In this document: positions 19,909 to 26,556 of the stretch, piece after piece
How the letters are laid out: every line of letters begins with the position of its first letter
How positions within the stretch are numbered: the first letter of the stretch is position 1
Source: an uncultured Bacteroidaceae bacterium
Lineage (GTDB): Bacteria > Bacteroidota > Bacteroidia > Bacteroidales > SM23-62
Assembly (NCBI GenBank): GCA_964540005.1
Contig: CAZILN010000185.1
Coordinates: 1-52,322, forward strand
DNA length: 52,322 nucleotides
Direction: 5' to 3'
Position numbers and translations under genes: made by a program
The notes under the pieces: model-generated
The model's input: the letters and a program-made list of their open reading frames with translations, nothing else
Database searches by the model: none
What the model was told of the DNA's origin: nothing

Positions 19909-20808
19909 TTAATTATTTTTATTTATTCCATTGCCGGATGTTATCTGTTTGATTGTCTGCCAGCTCTCTGAAATTATATCTTTCAGGTTATTATCAGTAT
20001 ATTCCACTATGGTTTGACCGTATGTCATCGACAGTGTGAAAGTCTCATCATAAGGCAGATTGGCCAGATGAATGATACCTTCTTTCCTGATAAATCCTTC
20101 GATCTCTCCTGTGATCCGGGTATTCAGATCTGATTTATTTATAATGCATCCAGCAGGTATCCTGAATTTTTTAACCAGCTCATAAACCCTTTTCAAATCA
20201 TGCATTCCTGAGAGAGAGGGTTCGGTAACCAGTACCACAAAGTCCGCGCCCGAAAGCGATGAGATTACAGGACATCCAATGCCGGGGGATCCGTCAATAA
20301 TGATATAATCCTTATTAGTAACAGTTGCTGTTTTGCGTGCTTCATTCTTTACTTTTGCCACCAGTTTCCCTGAGTTATCTGCCCCTATTCCAAGCCTGGC
20401 ATGCACCATGATGCTGCCGGTTTTTATGGTTGATATAAACCACTGGCCGGCTTTAAGGCTTTGGTTTGTTATGGCATCTGCCGGACAACCCCGGGAACAA
20501 TAGCCGCAGCCTTCACAGTTCAGGGGATCAATGGTATATTGATCACCATCGAACCGTATGGCATTAAAACGGCACACATCAGCGCAGGCTCCGCATTGGG
20601 TGCACTCATCCTGGTTAATGATGGCCTGCTGGCCACTGTAGAAATCTTCCGGTTCCCCGAAATCAGGTTGCATCAGCAGATGCATGTCGGCAGCATCAAC
20701 GTCGCAATCCGCGACGATCACCTCAATCCCGCCCAGCCAGGCAAAAGAAGCGGTAATAGACGTTTTGCCGGTTCCTCCTTTCCCGGAGATGACCACGATC
20801 TCTTTCAT
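19909..20808 (-). CDS. MinD/ParA-like P-loop ATPase with inserted 2x[4Fe-4S] ferredoxin domain
   Basis: Walker A GKGGTGKT. Cys clusters CTQCGACADVC and CEGCGYCSRGCP. 4-nt ATGA-type overlap with the upstream paralogue. Confidence 0.85.
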   Translation of the reverse strand: MKEIVVISGKGGTGKTSITASFAWLGGIEVIVADCDVDAADMHLLMQPDFGEPEDFYSGQQAIINQDECTQCGACADVCRFNAIRFDGDQYTIDPLNCEGCGYCSRGCPADAITNQSLKAGQWFISTIKTGSIMVHARLGIGADNSGKLVAKVKNEARKTATVTNKDYIIIDGSPGIGCPVISSLSGADFVVLVTEPSLSGMHDLKRVYELVKKFRIPAGCIINKSDLNTRITGEIEGFIRKEGIIHLANLPYDETFTLSMTYGQTIVEYTDNNLKDIISESWQTIKQITSGNGINKNN

Positions 20809-21665
20809 ATATTGCTGCTTCGTTTGTTAATAAATTCCCAGATCTTTTTCAACTGCAGTTCCACTTCAGGAATATCCGGATAGATCAGTTTCCCGCAGGA
20901 ATACAGTTCAGCAATCCGGCGATCATTGGGTATGAGGGCAAGCACGGGGATCATTTCGTTTGTGCAATAATGCAGCACTTCCTCATTACCGATACCATGA
21001 CGGTTGATAACTACCCCGTACTGTTTACCGAGTGTCTTCATGGTTTCAACCGCCAGTTTCAGGTCATGCAATCCAAAAGGGGTGGGTTCGGTTACCAGGA
21101 TGACAAAATCAGCATTTTTCGTGGCTTCTATTACCGGGCAGGATGTCCCGGGAGGGGCATCATAAATAATGACGGTTCCATCAGGAAAGTGTTGATCGGT
21201 ATAAATTTCTGTCTGAGCAATGAGAGGAGTGGCCTGTTCCTGGCCTATCTCCAGGCTGCTTTCAATAAAACTCAGGGAATTGTCTTTAAAATGCCTTAAC
21301 TCACCCATCTTACGGGGCTTCATGGGAAGAGCAGATGCCGGGCATAATTCAGAGCAGGCATAACATCCATGGCATAATTCCGGAAACACCATTATAACCG
21401 GACCCAGTTGAATAACTGCATTGTAATTGCAGACTTCCTGGCATAAACCGCATAATGTACAATTCTGCTCATGCCATTCAGGGATCATTCTGAATTTATC
21501 TTCCTTGTGGATCAATCCGGCTTTAATGAATAATCCTGAATTAGGTTCCTCAACATCCATGTCCACCAGGACAACTTTTTGTGATTTTGCGAGATAAGAT
21601 GCCAGGTTGACTGATAAAGTGGTTTTCCCGGTACCTCCCTTTCCGCTTGCAACAGCAATCTTCAA
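20805..21665 (-). CDS. MinD/ParA-like P-loop ATPase with inserted 2x[4Fe-4S] ferredoxin domain (paralogue)
   Basis: Walker A GKGGTGKTT. Cys clusters CTLCGLCQEVC and CHGCYACSELCP. It overlaps both neighbours by 4 nt. Confidence 0.85.
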   Translation of the reverse strand: MKIAVASGKGGTGKTTLSVNLASYLAKSQKVVLVDMDVEEPNSGLFIKAGLIHKEDKFRMIPEWHEQNCTLCGLCQEVCNYNAVIQLGPVIMVFPELCHGCYACSELCPASALPMKPRKMGELRHFKDNSLSFIESSLEIGQEQATPLIAQTEIYTDQHFPDGTVIIYDAPPGTSCPVIEATKNADFVILVTEPTPFGLHDLKLAVETMKTLGKQYGVVINRHGIGNEEVLHYCTNEMIPVLALIPNDRRIAELYSCGKLIYPDIPEVELQLKKIWEFINKRSSNI

Positions 21666-22066
21666 TTGATTAAGTTATTATGTTTTTTCTCTTCAAATAA
21701 GCTGAGTGTCTTTTTAAATGTTATCATAGCCAGATGAACGCAATCAATTTTCGCTGCGGGTACCCCTCCAAGATGGTTAATAATATCTTCCTCAGCTATC
21801 TCTTTGGCTTCATTAATACTTTTCCCTGTAACCGTTTCCATAAGGGCGGATGCAGCAGAAAAAGCACCTGCACATCCGATGGCTTCAAATTTCGCCACTT
21901 TGATTATGCCGGAATCAATTATCAGATAAATCTTTAAGGTATCTCCACAATGGCCCGTATATGAAAGTACCACGGTGGGATTTTCTATTTTACCGACATG
22001 TGTTTTTTTAAGGTAGTATTCAATGGCTCTTTCAGAGTAACCTGATTTTTTTAAAAGATCATCCAT
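21662..22066 (-). CDS. NifU/IscU-like Fe-S cluster scaffold domain protein
   Basis: 134 aa. GHCGDTLKIYL, AIGCAGAFSAASAL and KIDCVHLA resemble the three-Cys IscU-like N-terminal NifU domain. Confidence 0.7.
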   Translation of the reverse strand: MDDLLKKSGYSERAIEYYLKKTHVGKIENPTVVLSYTGHCGDTLKIYLIIDSGIIKVAKFEAIGCAGAFSAASALMETVTGKSINEAKEIAEEDIINHLGGVPAAKIDCVHLAMITFKKTLSLFEEKKHNNLIN

Positions 22067-22101
22067 GCTAAACTGCTTAAGGCATTTTACGCCGGACCGG
22101 G

Positions 22102-22443
22102 TTAGTGATCACAGAGGTTCTGGCCGGTTTGAAGTTCATCACTCAGGTATGATTTAACAAGCTCCTGGGGTGAGCCACTTGAAACACCAACGCAAACCTC
22201 GATATTATTCATGGCAAAAAGATTCTGTGCTTTCATGCCCATGCCCCCGGAAATAATAACATTGACTCCCTGATCAGCCAGGAACCTTGGATAAGCACCC
22301 GGTTCATGCATGGGCGGAACCAGATAATTCATGCTTATGATGGCGTTATTTTCAGTTTCCAGTATGGCAAATTTTTCACAATGGCCAAAATGAGCGGTCA
22401 ATGAATTATTTACTACCGGGACGGCAAACTTTTTTCTGTTCAT
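22102..22443 (-). CDS. NifB/NifX-family (FeMo-cofactor-binding domain) protein
   Basis: 113 aa. HFGHCEKFAI and VNVIISGGMGMKA are typical of the family. Confidence 0.8.
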   Translation of the reverse strand: MNRKKFAVPVVNNSLTAHFGHCEKFAILETENNAIISMNYLVPPMHEPGAYPRFLADQGVNVIISGGMGMKAQNLFAMNNIEVCVGVSSGSPQELVKSYLSDELQTGQNLCDH

Positions 22444-22512
22444 AATTTTTAATGGATTTATATGAAATTTTCATTAGTATCGCTGCATATCTTTATGGGT
22501 GGCAGCAATGAT

Positions 22513-22692
22513 TTACTCTCTTACTATTTCGACCCTCCTGTTTTTTGCTTTTCCCTCATCTGTTGAATTCGCTGTGACAGGACACAGGCTGCTTACTCCG
22601 TATGCTTTTAATTGTTGAGCATTGACTCCTGACTTATTTACCATGTGGTCCGTAACAGCTTTAGCCCTGTTTTCATTTTTTGACTTTAATAA
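22513..22692 (-). pseudogene. Remnant of the C-terminus of an OmpA-family protein
   Basis: My own minus-strand translation gives LLKSKNENRAKAVTDHMVNKSGVNAQQLKAYGVSSLCPVTANSTDEGKAKNRRVEIVRE*. This matches the OmpA_C consensus tail (RA.AV...L...G......G.G...P...N.T.EG.A.NRRVE). An in-frame stop sits immediately upstream at 22693-22695, and no N-terminal part is present. Confidence 0.6.
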
Positions 22693-22766
22693 TTAATACT
22701 CTTATTATTAGTATTTACGCTAGCCATTGCTGAGAACTAAAATCAATTTGATATCATAAATTGGGC

Positions 22767-23018
22767 TTATAACTTTTTTTTGAGTAATTCTTCCCTTATC
22801 ATGGTATGTCCGCATTCAGGACATTTAATGGTGGTACATTTAACTCCCTGCTGGTGCGGTATTTTCTTTCCGCATTTTGCACAGACACATTGTCCGCCCG
22901 GACCAAAAGCACCGCCTTTGTTCCGGCCCTGTCCGCCTCCGCGGCCTAAGCCCTGTCCGCCTCCGCGGCCCAGTCCCTGTCCTGATCCGGCATTCTTGCC
23001 TCTTCCTGTTGATTTCAT
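22767..23018 (-). CDS. Small Gly/Arg-rich protein with C-terminal zinc-ribbon
   Basis: 83 aa. The N-terminal half is GRGKNAGSGQGLGRGGGQGLGRGGGQGRNKGG. The C-terminal half CVCAKCGKK...CPECGH has a 4-Cys ribbon. Confidence 0.7.
   Translation of the reverse strand: MKSTGRGKNAGSGQGLGRGGGQGLGRGGGQGRNKGGAFGPGGQCVCAKCGKKIPHQQGVKCTTIKCPECGHTMIREELLKKKL
22927..22982. repeat. 24-nt tandem repeat (2.3 copies) inside the Zn-ribbon gene, encoding GLGRGGGQ units
   Basis: The plus strand reads ccctgtccgcctccgcggcctaag / ccctgtccgcctccgcggcccagt / ccctgtcc. Confidence 0.9.
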
Positions 23019-23141
23019 AATACTGTTATTTTGATTGGTTTATCACTCTCAAAGAAAGCTGCCTCAAAATGCATTTTATTTCCAACCCCATTCCTTCTGA
23101 CTGGGAATTTCAACTGATCAATTATTCTGAGGCAGCTCCTG

Positions 23142-23492
23142 CTATTTACTCTCTTCCTTACCCAGGCTGGAGAGCCTTCCTTCCAGTGACGATAGCTGAT
23201 CCTTGAGGATCCTGATCTCGTTTTCTATCACTGTTTTTTCAGATACATCAGGGATGTTTTCGCTGTAGAAACTACCAGAGCCATACCTGAATCCCCGGCC
23301 GAATCCTCCCCTGAATCCCCGGCCAAATCCTCCTCCAGGACCAAATCCTCCCCTGAATCCTCCTCCAAAGCCTCTTGCGTATCCTCTTCCCTGATTAATA
23401 TACCCCGGATGGTCATATCCGGCACAAAATCCCATTCCTCTTCCTGTTTGCGGGCCTTCACCTACCGGGCCCGTTCTGTCTCCTCTTGGCAT
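23142..23492 (-). CDS. DUF5320 domain-containing protein (Gly/Arg/Phe-rich, C-terminal coiled coil)
   Basis: The start is reassigned to MPRGDRTGPVGEGPQTGRGMGFCAG, the hallmark DUF5320 N-terminus, which is preceded by a GGAGG Shine-Dalgarno. A GFGGGFRGGFGPGGGFGRGFRGGFGRGF tract is followed by the coiled coil IENEIRILKDQLSSLEGRLSSL. Confidence 0.75.
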   Translation of the reverse strand: MPRGDRTGPVGEGPQTGRGMGFCAGYDHPGYINQGRGYARGFGGGFRGGFGPGGGFGRGFRGGFGRGFRYGSGSFYSENIPDVSEKTVIENEIRILKDQLSSLEGRLSSLGKEESK

Positions 23493-23949
23493 AATTACCT
23501 CCTTTTTTAAAGTTAATACTGGTACAACATCTGCCGTGTCCAAATCCACCGGCCAGATTCAGCAGGTTGGTGGATCTGCATTCCGGACATTCGGCAAGTG
23601 AACTGCCAATTGTTGTTTTAAACATATGGCCACAATCCACGCACCGAATTATATTATTCCTGAAATGTATATTCCCGCCTTCGATTGTCAGGAGTTTCCC
23701 CTGGATCATAAACCTGGCTACTTTCTGCCTGGCTGTTTCAACCAATCGTGAGAATGTAGACCGGGAAATTTCCATTTCTTCAGCTGCTTCCTCGTGTGTT
23801 AAACCTTTAAAATCAGCTAATCGGATTGCTTCAAACTCATCGATGGAAAGAGCTATCTGATCCAGTGATCTTCCTGTAACTCCAACTGGTTTGAACTCTG
23901 TAAAAATCGGCGGCTCATGAATAATTCTATTGTTTTTAGGACGCGACAT
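23458..23949 (-). CDS. DUF134 (UPF0251) predicted DNA-binding protein with C-terminal Cys-rich extension
   Basis: The start is reassigned to MSRPKNNRIIHEPPIFTEFKP, the typical DUF134 N-terminus. It has a sigma-70 region-4-like HTH (LTHEEAAEEMEISRSTFSRLV) and a CVDCGH...CPEC zinc-ribbon. It overlaps the DUF5320 start by 35 nt. Confidence 0.75.
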   Translation of the reverse strand: MSRPKNNRIIHEPPIFTEFKPVGVTGRSLDQIALSIDEFEAIRLADFKGLTHEEAAEEMEISRSTFSRLVETARQKVARFMIQGKLLTIEGGNIHFRNNIIRCVDCGHMFKTTIGSSLAECPECRSTNLLNLAGGFGHGRCCTSINFKKGGNYAKRRQNGPGR

Positions 23950-24026
23950 ATACAAAAAATTATTATATTTGTCCTGCAAAGATAATGCACATATGTGCAA
24001 AATCCAAATAATATAAAATAAATGTT

Positions 24027-24494
24027 ATGAAATTCTCCAGCGTATTATTTGTATCAGCGGGTATTTTAATAGCTACATGGTCTCCGGCTCAACGGACCGG
24101 CACTGGCGATCTTTGCCAGGCCATACCTGACCTTACCCCGGATCAGGAACAAAAAATTGATAAGCTGAGTGTTGCCCACCAGAAAGAAATGGATGATCTG
24201 CGTACGAAATTCTGGTCAGAGAATGATGCTGCACAGGCTACAGTAATTAAAACACAGATGAATACTGAGATGGAGAAGCATTACAAGAATATTTCCGCTT
24301 TGCTAACTCCTGAACAGCAAAGCTGGTATGACAGTAACTGTAATGTGAACAACAGATACTATTCCCGCAAAGGAGGTTCTGCCAGGTATGGCAGGGGTGC
24401 AGGACGCGGCAGGGGAATGGGTCCTGGCAGAGGCCTGGGAAGAGGCAGGAGTGCAGGACGCGGCAGGGGCCTTGGTCCGGGCCGGGGGTATTGA
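24027..24494 (+). CDS. Secreted Spy/CpxP-like (LTXXQ motif) protein with C-terminal Arg/Gly repeat tail
   Basis: Signal peptide, two LTXXQ motifs (LTPDQEQ, LTPEQQ), and the tail GRGAGRGRGMGPGRGLGRGRSAGRGRGLGPGRGY. Confidence 0.7.
   Translation: MKFSSVLFVSAGILIATWSPAQRTGTGDLCQAIPDLTPDQEQKIDKLSVAHQKEMDDLRTKFWSENDAAQATVIKTQMNTEMEKHYKNISALLTPEQQSWYDSNCNVNNRYYSRKGGSARYGRGAGRGRGMGPGRGLGRGRSAGRGRGLGPGRGY
24391..24490. repeat. 54-nt period tandem repeat encoding the GRG tail
   Basis: gtgcaggacgcggcagggg occurs at 24397-24415 and again at 24451-24469. Confidence 0.85.
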
Positions 24495-24522
24495 TCCGGC
24501 CAGGACAGGGGCCGCAGAGCAT

Positions 24523-24554
24523 ATATCTGTCCGGATTGGGAGCCGGATAGATAT
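24523..24554. terminator. 12-bp-stem hairpin between convergent genes (candidate bidirectional terminator)
   Basis: atatctgtccgg-attgggag-ccggatagatat has one G-T pair. It sits between the stops at 24494 (+) and 24563 (-). No clear U-tract follows. Confidence 0.4.
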
Positions 24555-24562
24555 CCTTATCA

Positions 24563-25243
24563 CTAACCTTTCTTACTTATGATCTCCAGCAGGTCTTTAT
24601 CCAGAATTTTTATCTTCCTGCCGCTCAGTTCTATTATCCCCGTATCATCAAATTCATTAAGAATGCGGCAGATGCTTTCCCGTGAAGTATTAATAAAATA
24701 CCCCAGTTCAAGTCTTGTTAAGGGTAATACAAATTCATCCTTTTCGTAGATCTCATCAGAGAAGAACAATAAGGCATCCGATGCACGGCCATGAATATAT
24801 TTCTGGGTTCGGTTTACACATTGATGAAATGAGTTCAGCTCATTGCGGCATAGTTCAATGATTATTTCGTAGGCAAAATTTCCGTTTGCAAAAATGAAGT
24901 CCTTAAATACATCAATATTAATAAAGCAGACTTTGGTATCTTCAACTGCCGTTGCAGAATATTGGTTGATCTTTTCACCAAAGGTCGTAGGGATACCCAG
25001 GTAGGATGGAGCTTTGGTAATCTTAATTATCTGCTCTTCAACCGGACCTGACATATGTATTTTAACAAGGCCGCTCCTGACATATATAATATTTGAAGAG
25101 AAGGCTCCCTGTTTAAAGATAACATCCCCCTTTCTGAAATTGACTATCACACAATTGTTCCCAAGTTTTTCCAGCTCATCTGTATTCAGAAATTTAACTG
25201 CAGATGATTGGATTTTACAATTCTTACAGATGCTCTCTTCCAT
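24563..25243 (-). CDS. Crp/Fnr family transcriptional regulator
   Basis: 226 aa with a cNMP-binding-like beta-barrel (FRKGDVIFKQG) and a C-terminal HTH (TSRESICRILNEF). The N-terminal CKNCK pair is reminiscent of Fnr-type Cys ligands, but the set is incomplete. Confidence 0.82.
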   Translation of the reverse strand: MEESICKNCKIQSSAVKFLNTDELEKLGNNCVIVNFRKGDVIFKQGAFSSNIIYVRSGLVKIHMSGPVEEQIIKITKAPSYLGIPTTFGEKINQYSATAVEDTKVCFINIDVFKDFIFANGNFAYEIIIELCRNELNSFHQCVNRTQKYIHGRASDALLFFSDEIYEKDEFVLPLTRLELGYFINTSRESICRILNEFDDTGIIELSGRKIKILDKDLLEIISKKG

Positions 25244-25283
25244 GATTTCTTAAAAACTAATAAAGCACAAATATATATATAAA

Positions 25284-25299
25284 TGTGATCTATATCACA
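25284..25299. promoter_or_regulatory. Crp/Fnr-type operator TGTGATCTATATCACA (TGTGA-N6-TCACA)
   Basis: The 6+6 palindromic arms TGTGAT/ATCACA are perfect. The site is 41 nt from the regulator ATG and about 100 nt upstream of the DsrE-like gene. An extra half-site ATATCACA lies at 25314-25321. Confidence 0.7.
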
Positions 25300-25397
25300 A
25301 AATGATTTACTTCATATCACAGATCTTTTCTGCTCTTCCTCCCGATTAATACACAATTTTATCCCCTGATTAAATTAAAAACTAAAGATTCAGGATT

Positions 25398-25823
25398 ATG
25401 GAAAACAAAAAAATGGTAATGGCTCTTTTTTCAGGAAGCTTAGACAAACTAACCTGTGCAGGTGTTATACTCAGTGGTGCTGCGGCTGATGATATGGAAG
25501 TCGATATTTATGTACTGCTGCAGGGCGCCCGGGCCTTCAAAAAGGAAATTGCAAAAAATACGGATAAGCTGGCTATGGCAGAGAATCCTCATCTAAGAGA
25601 AGAGTTCATACAATCATTAGAGCAGCTCAAGGTAAAACCATGGCATGAATTTTTTAAGGAAGCCAAAGAACTTACCAGCGTTAAGATTCACGTTTGCGGG
25701 TTGGCCGGGAAGCTCTGGGGAGGTGAAAAAATTGATGACTTCATTGATCTTGCCGACGATATATGCGGTATAGGGGAATATGTCTCAGCTGCACAGGAAG
25801 CTGATGTGCACCTGTTTATCTAA
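25398..25823 (+). CDS. DsrE/DsrF-like family protein
   Basis: 141 aa. MALFSGSLDKLTCAGVILSGAAA and the HVCGLAG pattern match the DsrE-like peroxiredoxin-family fold commonly paired with TusA. Confidence 0.65.
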   Translation: MENKKMVMALFSGSLDKLTCAGVILSGAAADDMEVDIYVLLQGARAFKKEIAKNTDKLAMAENPHLREEFIQSLEQLKVKPWHEFFKEAKELTSVKIHVCGLAGKLWGGEKIDDFIDLADDICGIGEYVSAAQEADVHLFI

Positions 25824-25887
25824 ACAGCAATCATTAGCTGTAACGAAATATAGGTAACTGTAATAATAAATTACTAAATCTAACATC

Positions 25888-26139
25888 ATGGAAGCACAAG
25901 AATTAAGCGGTCTTACAGTAAATAAAGTTGTTGACGCCCGTGGAACGGCATGTCCAGGTCCACTGCTGGCAGCTAAAAAAGCCATTGCAGAAATCGGCTC
26001 GGGTGATATTATGGAGATACTATCTTCAGATGAAGGAACAAGACGGGATATCCCGAAATGGGCCGGTAAGAAGGGTCATGAGTATCTGGGGACCCTTGAA
26101 GAATCGGGTTATTTTAAGATCTACATGAAGAAACAATAA
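25888..26139 (+). CDS. TusA/SirA-like sulfurtransferase
   Basis: 83 aa. DARGTACPGPLLAAKKAI carries the Cys-Pro-x-Pro active-site motif. Confidence 0.85.
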   Translation: MEAQELSGLTVNKVVDARGTACPGPLLAAKKAIAEIGSGDIMEILSSDEGTRRDIPKWAGKKGHEYLGTLEESGYFKIYMKKQ

Positions 26140-26144
26140 GGAGG

Positions 26145-26546
26145 ATGGAGGGCTCAGAAGGTAAGAATTCTCCAAAGATCCTGGTATTCTCAACAGAAAA
26201 GATCTCAGATCCTGCTATAGACCTTGCCGGTTTGCTTAAAATGCACTATCCGCCAACGGTCTGCACTATAAGTATTCCCTGCTCCAGCGCTGTCAAACCC
26301 AGGTGGATCATGCATGCCTTTGAGAAGGGTTACGACGGTGTTTTTATTGCAGCTGACGGCACGGATTGCCCGTACAGCGATAGTTGTACCGACAATACGG
26401 CCTGGATTGTCGGGCAAACCCATGAGCTGATGAAGGAGAAAGGTTTGAAGCCTGAAAGACTGAGGATGGCTGCCATCTGTTCCGTGTGTTCGGAGCCCTT
26501 TGTCAGGCAGATGAAAACCTTTGCAGAATCCTTCTCGGGATCTTAA
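26145..26546 (+). CDS. MvhD/FlpD-like (methyl-viologen-reducing hydrogenase delta subunit) domain protein, Cys-depleted variant
   Basis: KILVF...AIDLAGLLKMHYPP...IPCSS...HAFEKGYDGVFIAADGTDCPY aligns to the MvhD pattern I recall (CNWCSY...VMCSG...GCHxGDCHY). The first CxxC is replaced by STEKIS and the GCH Cys is absent. A GGAGG Shine-Dalgarno lies upstream. Confidence 0.7.
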   Translation: MEGSEGKNSPKILVFSTEKISDPAIDLAGLLKMHYPPTVCTISIPCSSAVKPRWIMHAFEKGYDGVFIAADGTDCPYSDSCTDNTAWIVGQTHELMKEKGLKPERLRMAAICSVCSEPFVRQMKTFAESFSGS

Positions 26547-26556
26547 AAGCATTGTT

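Noticed and set aside
22927-22982. Short tandem direct repeats that could be mistaken for a CRISPR-like or minisatellite array. A second set lies at 24391-24490.
   Set aside because: The repeats are contiguous with no spacers, only 2-3 units long, and in frame within ORFs, where they encode Gly/Arg units. They are reported as coding repeats instead.
26521-26556. N-terminal extensions proposed by the ORF track for several genes. The track starts are 26521, 27734, 32904, 40313, 44065, 30372 and 3413 on the plus strand, and 23549 and 24000 on the minus strand.
   Set aside because: The family-typical N-termini begin at internal ATGs: 26557, 27848, 32976, 40376, 44155, 30381 and 3419, plus 23492 and 23949 on the minus strand. 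The extensions overlap upstream genes or start at weak TTG codons.
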